Source: Rhodospirillales bacterium
GTDB lineage: Bacteria; Pseudomonadota; Alphaproteobacteria; Rhodospirillales; UBA2165
Direction of reading: 5' to 3'
Assembly: GCA_030745835.1 (NCBI GenBank)
Contig: JASLNU010000043.1
Location: forward strand, 920 to 64,919
Length of the DNA stretch: 64,000 nt
The notes beneath the pieces were generated by a model, which ran no database searches, was not told the DNA's origin, and saw only the letters and a list, made by a program, of their open reading frames with translations. Both the position numbers and the translations under genes were made by a program. The first letter of the stretch is position 1; each line of letters opens with the position of its first letter. Shown here one piece after another: positions 44,125 through 52,002 of the stretch.

Positions 44125-45747
44125 ATGGACACGGTCTTCGAAGAGACGAACCAAACCAGGTTTCAATTTAGCCGGGCGCCAAAGCTGGTGGTGAACCCGT
44201 CCGGCGCAGCCCCGTTGGCTGCCGAACTATCATTTCAGACGCCGGTGCCGGTTTGCGCCGAAATCGCGATCGACGACGGGGCAAGAAGCTGGACCGTGCC
44301 GACGCCGTCGGAACCGGACACGCGGCATTCACATATCCTGCTCGGCATGAGGCCAGACCAAATTCATTCCATTAAACTGACCTTGCTTGATTCGCTTGGG
44401 GATGTTCACGCCGGTGTCTGGCGGGCTAATTTCCAAACCGACCCGTTGCCCGATGATTTTCCGGACCTGAAACTCTCGATTAGCGATGCAGCTTCCATGG
44501 AGCCCGGCTTCACCTTTTTCGGTATCCGCAAATCCCAACGCTCGGGCGCCCGCGGATATGGCGTTATCGTCGCCCTCGACGCCGAGGGTGAGGTCGTATG
44601 GTTGTGCAATACCGGTCATACGGTCGGCGAAATCAAGCGCCTGAAGAACGGAAATCTGATTTACCTGACCTTCGACAACCGCGCCATCGAATTGGATATG
44701 CTGGGCAACCGGATTTGCCAGTGGTTTGCCGCCGGCGCCCACAATGCCGGCGATTTCGAGGCAGCGGACGGCTCGATCCCGGTCGCGGCGGAGGCCTTCC
44801 ACCACGATATTCAGGAACTTGAAAACGGGAATTTCGTGGTCCTCGGCATCGAACGGCGGACCTATTCCGATTATCCGTCCAGCGAAACCGATGCGGCTGC
44901 GCCGAGGGCCGAAGCCTTGGTGGTCGGCGATGTGATCGTCGAATTTCAGCGCAATGGCGAAGTGGTCGCAAACTGGCGGATGCTCGATATTCTGGACCCC
45001 CAGCGGATCGGCTATGGCTCGCTGTCCGATTACTGGGTCAACAAGGGGATTCCCGGCTCGATGGACTGGAGCCATCTGAACTCGGTGTTTCTGGATACCG
45101 ATGACGATAGCTTTATCGTGTCGGCGCGGCATCAGGACGCGGTCATCAAAATCCGGCGGGACAGCGGCGAGATCGTCTGGATTCTAGGCAATCATGACGG
45201 CTGGCGCGCGCCGTGGTCAGACCAATTGCTGGCGCCGGAGGGGGCGCCAGACGGGGCGCCAGACGGGGCGCCAGACGGGACCTTTGAATGGCAGTACCAC
45301 CAGCATCATGCCACCATCACGTCGCGTGGAAGCATATTGCTGTTCGACAACGGCAACCACCGGGCGCATCCGTTTGATGCCAAGCGCCCGCCGGCGGAAA
45401 ATTATAGCCGCGCCGTCGAATTCGCGGTCGATGAGGCCGCCAAAGCCGTGCAACAGGTCTGGTCCTATGGTGGCCCCGGCCCGGAAGCCTACTATTGCCC
45501 GTTCATTTGCGGCGCCGAGGAAATGCCGAATTCGGGCAATGTGCTCGCCTGCTTTGGCGGACTGATGTCGGACGACAATGGCGCCGTGATCGACGATACC
45601 AGGACCGGGTTGGGCTGGGTGCGTATCGCCGAGGTTACCCGCGAAGACGAGCCCCGGCTGGTGTTCGAGCTGTTCATCGACGAGCGCCACAAGGGCAAGG
45701 GCTGGGACGTCTACCGCGCCCACCGGCTGCCGGCGCTCTATGGGTGA
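44125..45747 (+). CDS. Arylsulfotransferase (ASST) family protein, long form with an N-terminal beta-sandwich, no signal peptide
   Basis: ORF 44113 (TTG)..45747, ATG at 44125. NGNLIYL, FHHDIQELENGNFVVLG and WSHLNSVFLDTDDDSFIVSARHQDAVIKI are typical of the ASST propeller. Contains a GAPD x3 tandem repeat. Confidence 0.75.
   Translation: MDTVFEETNQTRFQFSRAPKLVVNPSGAAPLAAELSFQTPVPVCAEIAIDDGARSWTVPTPSEPDTRHSHILLGMRPDQIHSIKLTLLDSLGDVHAGVWRANFQTDPLPDDFPDLKLSISDAASMEPGFTFFGIRKSQRSGARGYGVIVALDAEGEVVWLCNTGHTVGEIKRLKNGNLIYLTFDNRAIELDMLGNRICQWFAAGAHNAGDFEAADGSIPVAAEAFHHDIQELENGNFVVLGIERRTYSDYPSSETDAAAPRAEALVVGDVIVEFQRNGEVVANWRMLDILDPQRIGYGSLSDYWVNKGIPGSMDWSHLNSVFLDTDDDSFIVSARHQDAVIKIRRDSGEIVWILGNHDGWRAPWSDQLLAPEGAPDGAPDGAPDGTFEWQYHQHHATITSRGSILLFDNGNHRAHPFDAKRPPAENYSRAVEFAVDEAAKAVQQVWSYGGPGPEAYYCPFICGAEEMPNSGNVLACFGGLMSDDNGAVIDDTRTGLGWVRIAEVTREDEPRLVFELFIDERHKGKGWDVYRAHRLPALYG
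45241..45276 (+). repeat. 12-bp tandem repeat GGGGCGCCAGAC x3 inside the ASST gene
   Basis: Encodes GAPD-GAPD-GAPD. A degenerate fourth unit lies at 45229-45240. Confidence 0.85.
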
Positions 45748-45972
45748 GTTCCGGCCGGCGGGCAATTTTGCCGGATAAGGTCGGGCCTGAGCGGCGTTTG
45801 AAACTATTCGAATCATATTTTAGAATATCTTGATCGCGGTTAATCAACATTATCGCCCGATCTAGTATTTCTTTGCCTTGGTGCGCACCTTAAATAGTGG
45901 CGGCGGTATCCCTTCATCACCTTCGAAACGGCGCCGCGCTGAGACCGATATATGATTGCCTAGGAGCCCGAA

Positions 45973-47130
45973 ATGCACTTCGGATTGACGGAAGAACAAC
46001 AGATGATGCAGGACATGGCGAAGAATTTCGCCGAGAACGAAATCCTGCCGACCCTCGAGGACGATGAGAAAAATCATCGATTCCGCACAGAAATAGCCAA
46101 AAAAATGGGCGAGCTCAGCTTTTTCGGCTGTGCCCTGCCGGAAGAATATGGCGGCAACGGTTTCGGTTTTCTGGAATCGGTCATCCTCGCCGAACAGATC
46201 GCCAAGGTCAGCGGCTCCTGGCGCCTGCCCTTCAACATGCAGAACCTCGGCCCCGCCGTGACCGTCAACCAATTCGGAACCGAGGAACAGAAGCAGCGCT
46301 TTATCCCGAACTGGGTCTCGACCGACGCCATCGGGTTTTTCGCCATGACCGAGCCCAATACCGGCTCCGATGTGGTCAGCATGGGCACCAACGCCACCGA
46401 TAAGGGCGACCATTGGGAGATCAATGGCCAGAAGATGTGGATATCCAACGCCCATATCGGCGATTGGGGCCTCTTGTACGCGGTCACCGACCGGGAAGCG
46501 AAGCATAAGGGGCTGACCTGTTTCATCATCAACCCGAAGGAAACCGAAGGCGTCGTCACCGCGGCGATCGAAACCAAGCTCGGCCTGTATTGCGCGCCGA
46601 CCGGCGAGATTGCCTTCGACGGAGCCAAGATTCCGAAGGATGCGGTGCTCGGCGAGGTCAACCAGGGCTTCCAGGTCTGCATGTGGCAGCTCAACAACAC
46701 GCGCATCGGCTGCGCCGCCGGCGCCATCGGCATCGCCGGCGGCGCCATCGAGGCGGCCATCGGCTACGCCAACGAGCGGAAACAATTCGGCCAGAAGATC
46801 GGCTCCTACCAGATGATCCAGGCGCAAATAGCCGACATGGTGGCCGAACACGAGGCCGCCCGGCTGCTGGTCTACCGCGCCGCCTGGCTCAAGGATCAGG
46901 GATTGCCCAACCAGCACGAAACCTCGATGGCCAAGCTGTTCGCCTCGGAAGCCGCCGTTCACGCCGCTTCCGACACCATGAAGATCTTCGGCAGCTTCGG
47001 TTATTCCACCGAGTTTCCCGCCGAACGCTTCCTGCGCGACGCCCACAGCTTGCGCGTCGTCGAGGGTACCAGCAACATTCAAAAACTTATTATCTCGGGT
47101 ATCTCGCTCGGCGATACCGTCAACCGTTAG
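45973..47130 (+). CDS. Acyl-CoA dehydrogenase (by context, candidate non-decarboxylating glutaryl-CoA dehydrogenase)
   Basis: LTEEQQMMQDMAKNFAENEI N-terminus, TEPNTGSD and EGTSNIQ motifs. 39-nt spacer to the carboxyltransferase gene. Substrate assignment is inference only. Confidence 0.85.
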   Translation: MHFGLTEEQQMMQDMAKNFAENEILPTLEDDEKNHRFRTEIAKKMGELSFFGCALPEEYGGNGFGFLESVILAEQIAKVSGSWRLPFNMQNLGPAVTVNQFGTEEQKQRFIPNWVSTDAIGFFAMTEPNTGSDVVSMGTNATDKGDHWEINGQKMWISNAHIGDWGLLYAVTDREAKHKGLTCFIINPKETEGVVTAAIETKLGLYCAPTGEIAFDGAKIPKDAVLGEVNQGFQVCMWQLNNTRIGCAAGAIGIAGGAIEAAIGYANERKQFGQKIGSYQMIQAQIADMVAEHEAARLLVYRAAWLKDQGLPNQHETSMAKLFASEAAVHAASDTMKIFGSFGYSTEFPAERFLRDAHSLRVVEGTSNIQKLIISGISLGDTVNR

Positions 47131-47169
47131 CATCCGACCCTCGGGCAGGTTTCAAAAGGAAAGACTTCC

Positions 47170-48927
47170 ATGCCGCAAAAGCAGACACCCCTGCGCCCTT
47201 ACTTCGAAAAGATGGCCGATATCGGCAAGGAGCTGAGCGAAGCCGAGGCCAAGCGCGGAGCCAAAAATGTCGAGGCCATCAATGAGCAGGAAGCGCTCAT
47301 CGAGGCCGAGATCGAGCGCGTCAAAGAGGCCGGCATCCCGGCCGAAAAAGTTCGCGGGCGCGGCTCGATGACCATCTACGACCGCTTGGATTATATGGTC
47401 GATGCGGGTACCTGGAACCCGCTGCACTCGCTCTACAACCCGACCGAAAACGAAGAGGGCTGCACCGGCGTGGTCAACGGCCTCGGCAAGATCGAGGGCC
47501 GCTGGGCGGTGATCATCGGCTTCGACAACAAGGTCATGGCCGGCGCCTGGATCGCCGGCCAGGCGGAAAATATCCTGATGGTCACCGACATGGCCAAGCG
47601 CCTCAATATCCCGCTGGTCTGGCTGACCAACTGTTCCGGCGTCAAGTTGATGGAGCAGGAAACCGTCTATGCCGGCCGCCGCTCCTCGGGCGCGCCCTTT
47701 TTCCGCCATGCCGAGCTCAACCAGCTCGGCATTCCGATCCTCAACGCCATCTACGGCACCAATCCGGCCGGCGGCGGCTATCAGGGGATCAGCCCGACCA
47801 TCCTCATCGCCCACGAAGGCGCCAACATCGCCGTCGGCGGCGCCGGCATCGTCGGCGGCATGAACCCGAAGGGCGAGATCGACGAGGAAGGCGCGCGCGC
47901 CCTGATCGAGGGCACCAAGTCGTTCAAGGCGAAGCCGCCCGGCCGCGCCGAAACCCATTTCGACCAGACCGCTTTCTTCCGCGAAGTGCACGAAACCGAA
48001 GAGGGCGTCCTCGACGGCATCAAGGATTACATGCGCATGATGCCGGCCTATGATCCGGCCATGTTCCGGGTCGCCGCGCCGGCCGCGCCCAAATACCCAT
48101 TGGACGATATCAATCTGATCCTGCCGGCCAACCAGAAACGTCCCTACGATGCGTTTCAGTTGCTGGCGCGCCTGACCGACAACTCGGAGTTCATGGAATA
48201 CCGGCCCGAATACGGCCCCGAGGTTTATACCGGTATCGCCAAGATCGACGGTTTTCCGGTCGCCATCATCGGCAACCGGCAGGGGGTGTTTCCCGATTAC
48301 CCCGACTATGCGGGTGGCGCGTATCCCGGCGTCGGCGGCAAACATTACCGCGCCGGCCTGATCAAACAGGGTGAATTCGTCACTCTTTGCGGGCGCGACA
48401 ATCTGCCCATTATCTGGCTGCAGGACACCACCGGCATCGATGTCGGCGACGCCGCCGAGGAAGCCGAGCTCCTGGCCCTCGGCCAGTCGCTGATCTATTC
48501 CATCGAGCAGACCAAGATTTCGATGATCGCCATTGTCCTCAGGAAGGGCCAGGCGGCGGCCCATTACATCATGTGCGGCCCGCAAGCCAACAACAACAAC
48601 GCCTTTACCCTGGGCACGCCCTTGACCGAGATTTGCGTCATGCATGGCGAGACCGCCGCCGCCGCCTCTTACGCCCGGCGCCTGGTCAAGGAAGACGACG
48701 AGGGCCGCGATATCATGCCGGTCGTGGACAAGATGAACCAGATGATCGATGATTACCGGGCCAAGTCGGAGCCGGCCTACGGTGCTAAAATGGGCTTCGT
48801 CGATGAAATCGTATCGCTTCCAGAGCTGCGCGGATATATAGAAGCCTTTGCCGGAGCCAATTATCAGAATCCTAAATCGATCACCCCGGTCCACCAGATG
48901 CTGCTGCCGCGCATCATCAAGGGCTGA
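47170..48927 (+). CDS. gcdA: Glutaconyl-CoA decarboxylase alpha subunit (carboxyltransferase)
   Basis: 585 aa. Collinear with my recollection of Acidaminococcus GcdA: FFRHAELNQLGIP, YGTNPAGGGY, IWLQDTTGIDVG, LGQSLIYSI, NAFTLGT..GETAA and a C-terminal QNP..HQMLLPR. Length fits GcdA rather than MmdA. Confidence 0.8.
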   Translation: MPQKQTPLRPYFEKMADIGKELSEAEAKRGAKNVEAINEQEALIEAEIERVKEAGIPAEKVRGRGSMTIYDRLDYMVDAGTWNPLHSLYNPTENEEGCTGVVNGLGKIEGRWAVIIGFDNKVMAGAWIAGQAENILMVTDMAKRLNIPLVWLTNCSGVKLMEQETVYAGRRSSGAPFFRHAELNQLGIPILNAIYGTNPAGGGYQGISPTILIAHEGANIAVGGAGIVGGMNPKGEIDEEGARALIEGTKSFKAKPPGRAETHFDQTAFFREVHETEEGVLDGIKDYMRMMPAYDPAMFRVAAPAAPKYPLDDINLILPANQKRPYDAFQLLARLTDNSEFMEYRPEYGPEVYTGIAKIDGFPVAIIGNRQGVFPDYPDYAGGAYPGVGGKHYRAGLIKQGEFVTLCGRDNLPIIWLQDTTGIDVGDAAEEAELLALGQSLIYSIEQTKISMIAIVLRKGQAAAHYIMCGPQANNNNAFTLGTPLTEICVMHGETAAAASYARRLVKEDDEGRDIMPVVDKMNQMIDDYRAKSEPAYGAKMGFVDEIVSLPELRGYIEAFAGANYQNPKSITPVHQMLLPRIIKG

Positions 48928-48954
48928 TCCCGTTCATGAAAAGGAGCAATTTAG

Positions 48955-49170
48955 ATGAGTACGGAAGTCACCGCCCCGATGTCGGGGGATATTCTGGAAA
49001 TTCTCGTCAAGGTCGGAGACGATGTGAGCGCCGAGGATGAGCTTCTCATTCTCGAAGCCATGAAAATGGAAAATCCGATATACGCTCCGGCGGACGGCAA
49101 GGTCACCGAGATCAAGGTCGCCGAGGGTGATTCGGTCGAGGCCAACGACGTTTTGGTCGTTTTGGAATAG
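48955..49170 (+). CDS. gcdC: Biotin carboxyl carrier subunit (biotinyl domain only)
   Basis: LEAMKMEN biotin-attachment motif; 71 aa with no Ala/Pro linker. Confidence 0.85.
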   Translation: MSTEVTAPMSGDILEILVKVGDDVSAEDELLILEAMKMENPIYAPADGKVTEIKVAEGDSVEANDVLVVLE

Positions 49171-49186
49171 ACCGGGGAAGAGCGAC

Positions 49187-49396
49187 ATGGAAACTGTTTG
49201 GGGCGCGGTCAAATTGATGTTTTTCGTCTATGCGCTGGCGGCGGCGATATCCTTGATCATCGCCTGGATCATCAAGATGATCTTCGCCGCCGTGCAGGCG
49301 CAGAAAGTCCGCGCCGAGGCTCGAAACGGCGCCGCCGCCGACCCAACCCCGGATGCCGCCGATTCTGAAAACGCGGCTCCGGAAGGGTCCGCCTGA
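49187..49396 (+). CDS. OadG/GcdD-like small membrane anchor subunit
   Basis: ORF 49127..49396 trimmed to ATG 49187. A single N-terminal TM (LMFFVYALAAAISLIIAWIIKMIF) followed by an Ala/Pro/Asp-rich tail. Its position between the carrier and beta subunits matches that of the small subunit in these decarboxylases. Confidence 0.6.
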   Translation: METVWGAVKLMFFVYALAAAISLIIAWIIKMIFAAVQAQKVRAEARNGAAADPTPDAADSENAAPEGSA

Positions 49397-49398
49397 TC

Positions 49399-50604
49399 AT
49401 GCCCGAAATAGAATTCCTTCAAATATTTCAGGGCATCGCCACCATGGCGGCGGCGGAACCGGTGATCGCCATCGCCCGGGTGGTGCTGATCGCCCTCGGC
49501 ATCGCCTTCGTCTATCTCGGGGTCAAGGGAACCCTGGAACCGCTGATCATGATCCCCATGGGGTTCGGCATGGCCTCGGTCAATGCCGGCGTCCTCTATC
49601 TGTCGGCGACCACCACAGGGACCCTGTTTATCGATCCCATCGCCAGCGACCCGGCCCAGTTGATGGACGCATTGCAGATCAATTTCCTGCAGCCGATCTA
49701 TACTTTCTCCTTCTCCAACGGCCTCATCGCGGTTCTTATTTTCTTCGGCATCGGCGTCCTTTCGGACATCGGCTATATGCTGATTTCGCCGATGCGCTGC
49801 ATGATTATCGCCATCTGCGCCGAATTGGGCACCATCGCCACCTTCCCGATCGCCGTCGCCATGGGCCTGCCGTTCAACGAGGCGGCGGCCATCGCCATGG
49901 TCGGCAGCGCCGATGCGCCGATGGTCCTTTACACCTCGCTGCTCTTGGCCCGCGATCTGTTCGTGCCGATCACCATCGTCGCCTACCTCTATCTGAGCCT
50001 GGCCTATGCCGGCTATCCGTACCTCGTGCGCCTGATGATCCCGAAGAAACTCAGGGGCATCAAGATGGAGCAGAAAAACATCCCCAATATCTCGAAGGGC
50101 GAAAAAATCACCTTCGCGGTCATCACCTCGACCCTTTTGAGCTTTCTGTTTCCGGTGGCGGCGCCCCTGTTCATGGGATTTTTCTTAGGAATCATCATCC
50201 GCGAATCGGGGGTCAAGCCGTTCATCGAGTTTATCGGCGGACCGGTGCTCTATGGCGCCACCTTTTTCTTAGGCCTTCTGTTGGGCGTCTTGTTCGAAGC
50301 CAGCACCATCCTCGATCCCAAGGTCATCCTGCTGTTGATCCTCGGCATCACGGCGCTGCTGCTGTCCGGTATCGGCGGCATCATCGGCGGCTACATCGTC
50401 TATTGGATGAGCGGGCGCAGCTTTAACCCGGTGATCGGCATCGCCGGCGTCTCCTGCCTGCCGACCACCGCCAAGGTGGCGCAGAAGGAAGCGCGGGCGG
50501 CCAACAAGTTCGCCATCATCCTGCCCTGGGCGATGGGGGCCAGCGTCTCGGGCGTCATCTCCTCGGCGATCATCGCCGGCATCTATGTGACGTTGCTGCG
50601 ATGA
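49399..50604 (+). CDS. gcdB: Na+-translocating decarboxylase beta subunit (OadB/GcdB/MmdB family)
   Basis: 401-aa polytopic membrane protein in the position and of the size expected for the beta subunit. The MVGSADAP segment resembles the conserved Asp-containing motif of this family. Confidence 0.8.
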   Translation: MPEIEFLQIFQGIATMAAAEPVIAIARVVLIALGIAFVYLGVKGTLEPLIMIPMGFGMASVNAGVLYLSATTTGTLFIDPIASDPAQLMDALQINFLQPIYTFSFSNGLIAVLIFFGIGVLSDIGYMLISPMRCMIIAICAELGTIATFPIAVAMGLPFNEAAAIAMVGSADAPMVLYTSLLLARDLFVPITIVAYLYLSLAYAGYPYLVRLMIPKKLRGIKMEQKNIPNISKGEKITFAVITSTLLSFLFPVAAPLFMGFFLGIIIRESGVKPFIEFIGGPVLYGATFFLGLLLGVLFEASTILDPKVILLLILGITALLLSGIGGIIGGYIVYWMSGRSFNPVIGIAGVSCLPTTAKVAQKEARAANKFAIILPWAMGASVSGVISSAIIAGIYVTLLR

Positions 50605-50849
50605 ACCGGGTAATTGGCGAAAAAAAGGCCTACTGGATCGGCGGCACCGTGACCGCTTTCCTGGGCGTTGCCCTGGTCAGGCTGATCTCGCCCGAATTGG
50701 AGGGAGCGCTTGGCTGGGCCACGCTCGCCGCCGGCCATGCCCTGGTCATCGCCGGACTGACAATCATCGTTTTCGGCACCCGGCGCAAGCCGGCGGAGGC
50801 GTTTGTAACCGTGAACGAGCCCGCACCCGAGACCCGCGGCGACGGCTAA
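50601..50849 (+). CDS. Small two-TM membrane protein translationally coupled to the decarboxylase beta subunit
   Basis: ATGA start/stop overlap at 50601-50604. Hydrophobic segments YWIGGTVTAFLGVALVRLI and LAAGHALVIAGLTIIVFG. No family recognised. Confidence 0.5.
   Translation: MNRVIGEKKAYWIGGTVTAFLGVALVRLISPELEGALGWATLAAGHALVIAGLTIIVFGTRRKPAEAFVTVNEPAPETRGDG
50768..50803. repeat. Direct repeat, left copy (3' end of the 82-aa membrane-protein gene)
   Basis: CGTTTTCGGCACCCGGCGCAAGCCGGCGGAGGCGTT versus 51797-51832. 32 of 36 positions identical by manual alignment. Confidence 0.65.
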
Positions 50850-51035
50850 GTTCGGGAAAAACCGTGGCATCTAGCACCTTCCAGGTTTGAAAGAGACCGG
50901 TGGAAATGGCGGCACCCGTGGGCTCAAGGGCTCGGCGAAAGAAAACCGAGGCAATTACAGGCTGTGGCGTCGGGACGGTGTGCCGATTTGAGGCAGTATA
51001 GGGGTTCAGAAAACCTTACAGACCTGAAACTGATA

Positions 51036-51064
51036 AAGGGCGGAAATCCGCCCTTCTTTATTTT
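51036..51064. terminator. Bidirectional hairpin terminator between convergent genes
   Basis: AAGGGCGG-AAAT-CCGCCCTT with CTTTATTTT on the plus strand and TTTATCAGTTT on the minus strand. Confidence 0.55.
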
Positions 51065-51114
51065 AGGTGCCGGGGGTTCAGAAACCCTGTGTTTTTTGTA
51101 TGGGGGAAAGCCAT

Positions 51115-51561
51115 TCAAAGTCTGACTTTGATCCTAGGGCCTTTGATTTTAAATTGAGGGTTTGAATATGAAGCACTGAACGGAACTTTGGTTTTTACAC
51201 AAGCCTCGTTATATTTGAAGTTATCCGCAGGAGTCTGTTCCAAGATAAAGTCACCACCAGAAATTAATTTGTTTCCTAGATAAACTTGAGATTGACTTAC
51301 CCAATTGGCATCCATTGCTCCCCGAACATCACCAAACATCACAAAAAAGCCACATAGACCGAGAAAATTATCTAAATTTTCCAGGCGAATATACAACTCT
51401 GTACGCGCCCCATCGCGCCACAAAAATGGATGTTCACTATAGGCTAATATGTCCTTTGCTGGTTTAATTCCTTCGAACGAATAATTATTGGATGCCGTCA
51501 CACACCCAGCCATTGTCAGCAATATTGCTGGAAAAACCATTAAACGACTTAGATATCTCAT
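51115..51561 (-). CDS. Hypothetical lipoprotein
   Basis: ORF 51115..51579 trimmed to ATG 51561. Lipobox LLTMAGC after a hydrophobic signal. AT-rich DNA. No family recognised. Confidence 0.5.
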   Translation of the reverse strand: MRYLSRLMVFPAILLTMAGCVTASNNYSFEGIKPAKDILAYSEHPFLWRDGARTELYIRLENLDNFLGLCGFFVMFGDVRGAMDANWVSQSQVYLGNKLISGGDFILEQTPADNFKYNEACVKTKVPFSASYSNPQFKIKGPRIKVRL

Positions 51562-51796
51562 CAAATCAAGCCCTTCCATTGTTTGGTTCTGCGATGGTAA
51601 GTGTCAGCAATTTTAAAGGTGTACAGAAAACCACCCTTTTCTGAACCCTAAATAATAGGGAGTCTCAGGTACGGAAATCCACCTGTTTCTAATGGCCGGT
51701 TGGAGGGGGTTTTTGGAACCCCAAGAATATGTCGAATATAGCTCCGTTTCGTCGGGATTTTCTGTATCCCTGGATTGACTTGCCGACAGCGCTCAC

Positions 51797-51832
51797 CGTT
51801 TTCGGCACCAGGCGAAAGCTGGCGGAGGTGTT
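51797..51832. repeat. Direct repeat, right copy (displaced relic of a homologous 3' gene end)
   Basis: CGTTTTCGGCACCAGGCGAAAGCTGGCGGAGGTGTT. In frame it reads ..LTVFGTRRKLAEVFKPAD-stop, against ..IIVFGTRRKPAEAFVTVNE.. in the intact gene. Confidence 0.65.
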
Positions 51833-51959
51833 CAAGCCGGCGGATTGATTTTCTGGCCTCTATCCTAACGTCCCCTCCCCCCAGCGAGGGGGAGGGCTAG
51901 GGTGGGGGGGGAAACCGTAAAACTCGAAGCGCATCCGTTCGGTCCGAGCCCGCCTCACG

Positions 51960-51992
51960 CCCGGCTGGCCGACCCGGCCATCCCCAGCCGGG
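51960..51992. repeat. REP-like hairpin element, copy 4
   Basis: CCCGGCTGG-CCGACCCGGCCATCC-CCAGCCGGG, just downstream of the stop of the TPP-enzyme gene (52003, minus). Confidence 0.65.
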
Positions 51993-52002
51993 CCGCGCCG
52001 TC

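Noticed and set aside
50850-51065. Possible small structured RNA between the decarboxylase cluster and the lipoprotein gene. It has a long-range pairing GGCACCCGT..ACGGTGTGCC, an inner CTCGG-loop-CCGAG hairpin and a terminator at 51036-51064.
   Set aside because: The terminator hairpin has U/T-tracts on both strands and is adequately explained as a bidirectional terminator for the convergent genes. The region is part of the AT-rich insertion. I cannot match it to any RNA family by eye. RNA-seq or a covariance-model scan would be needed to revive the idea.
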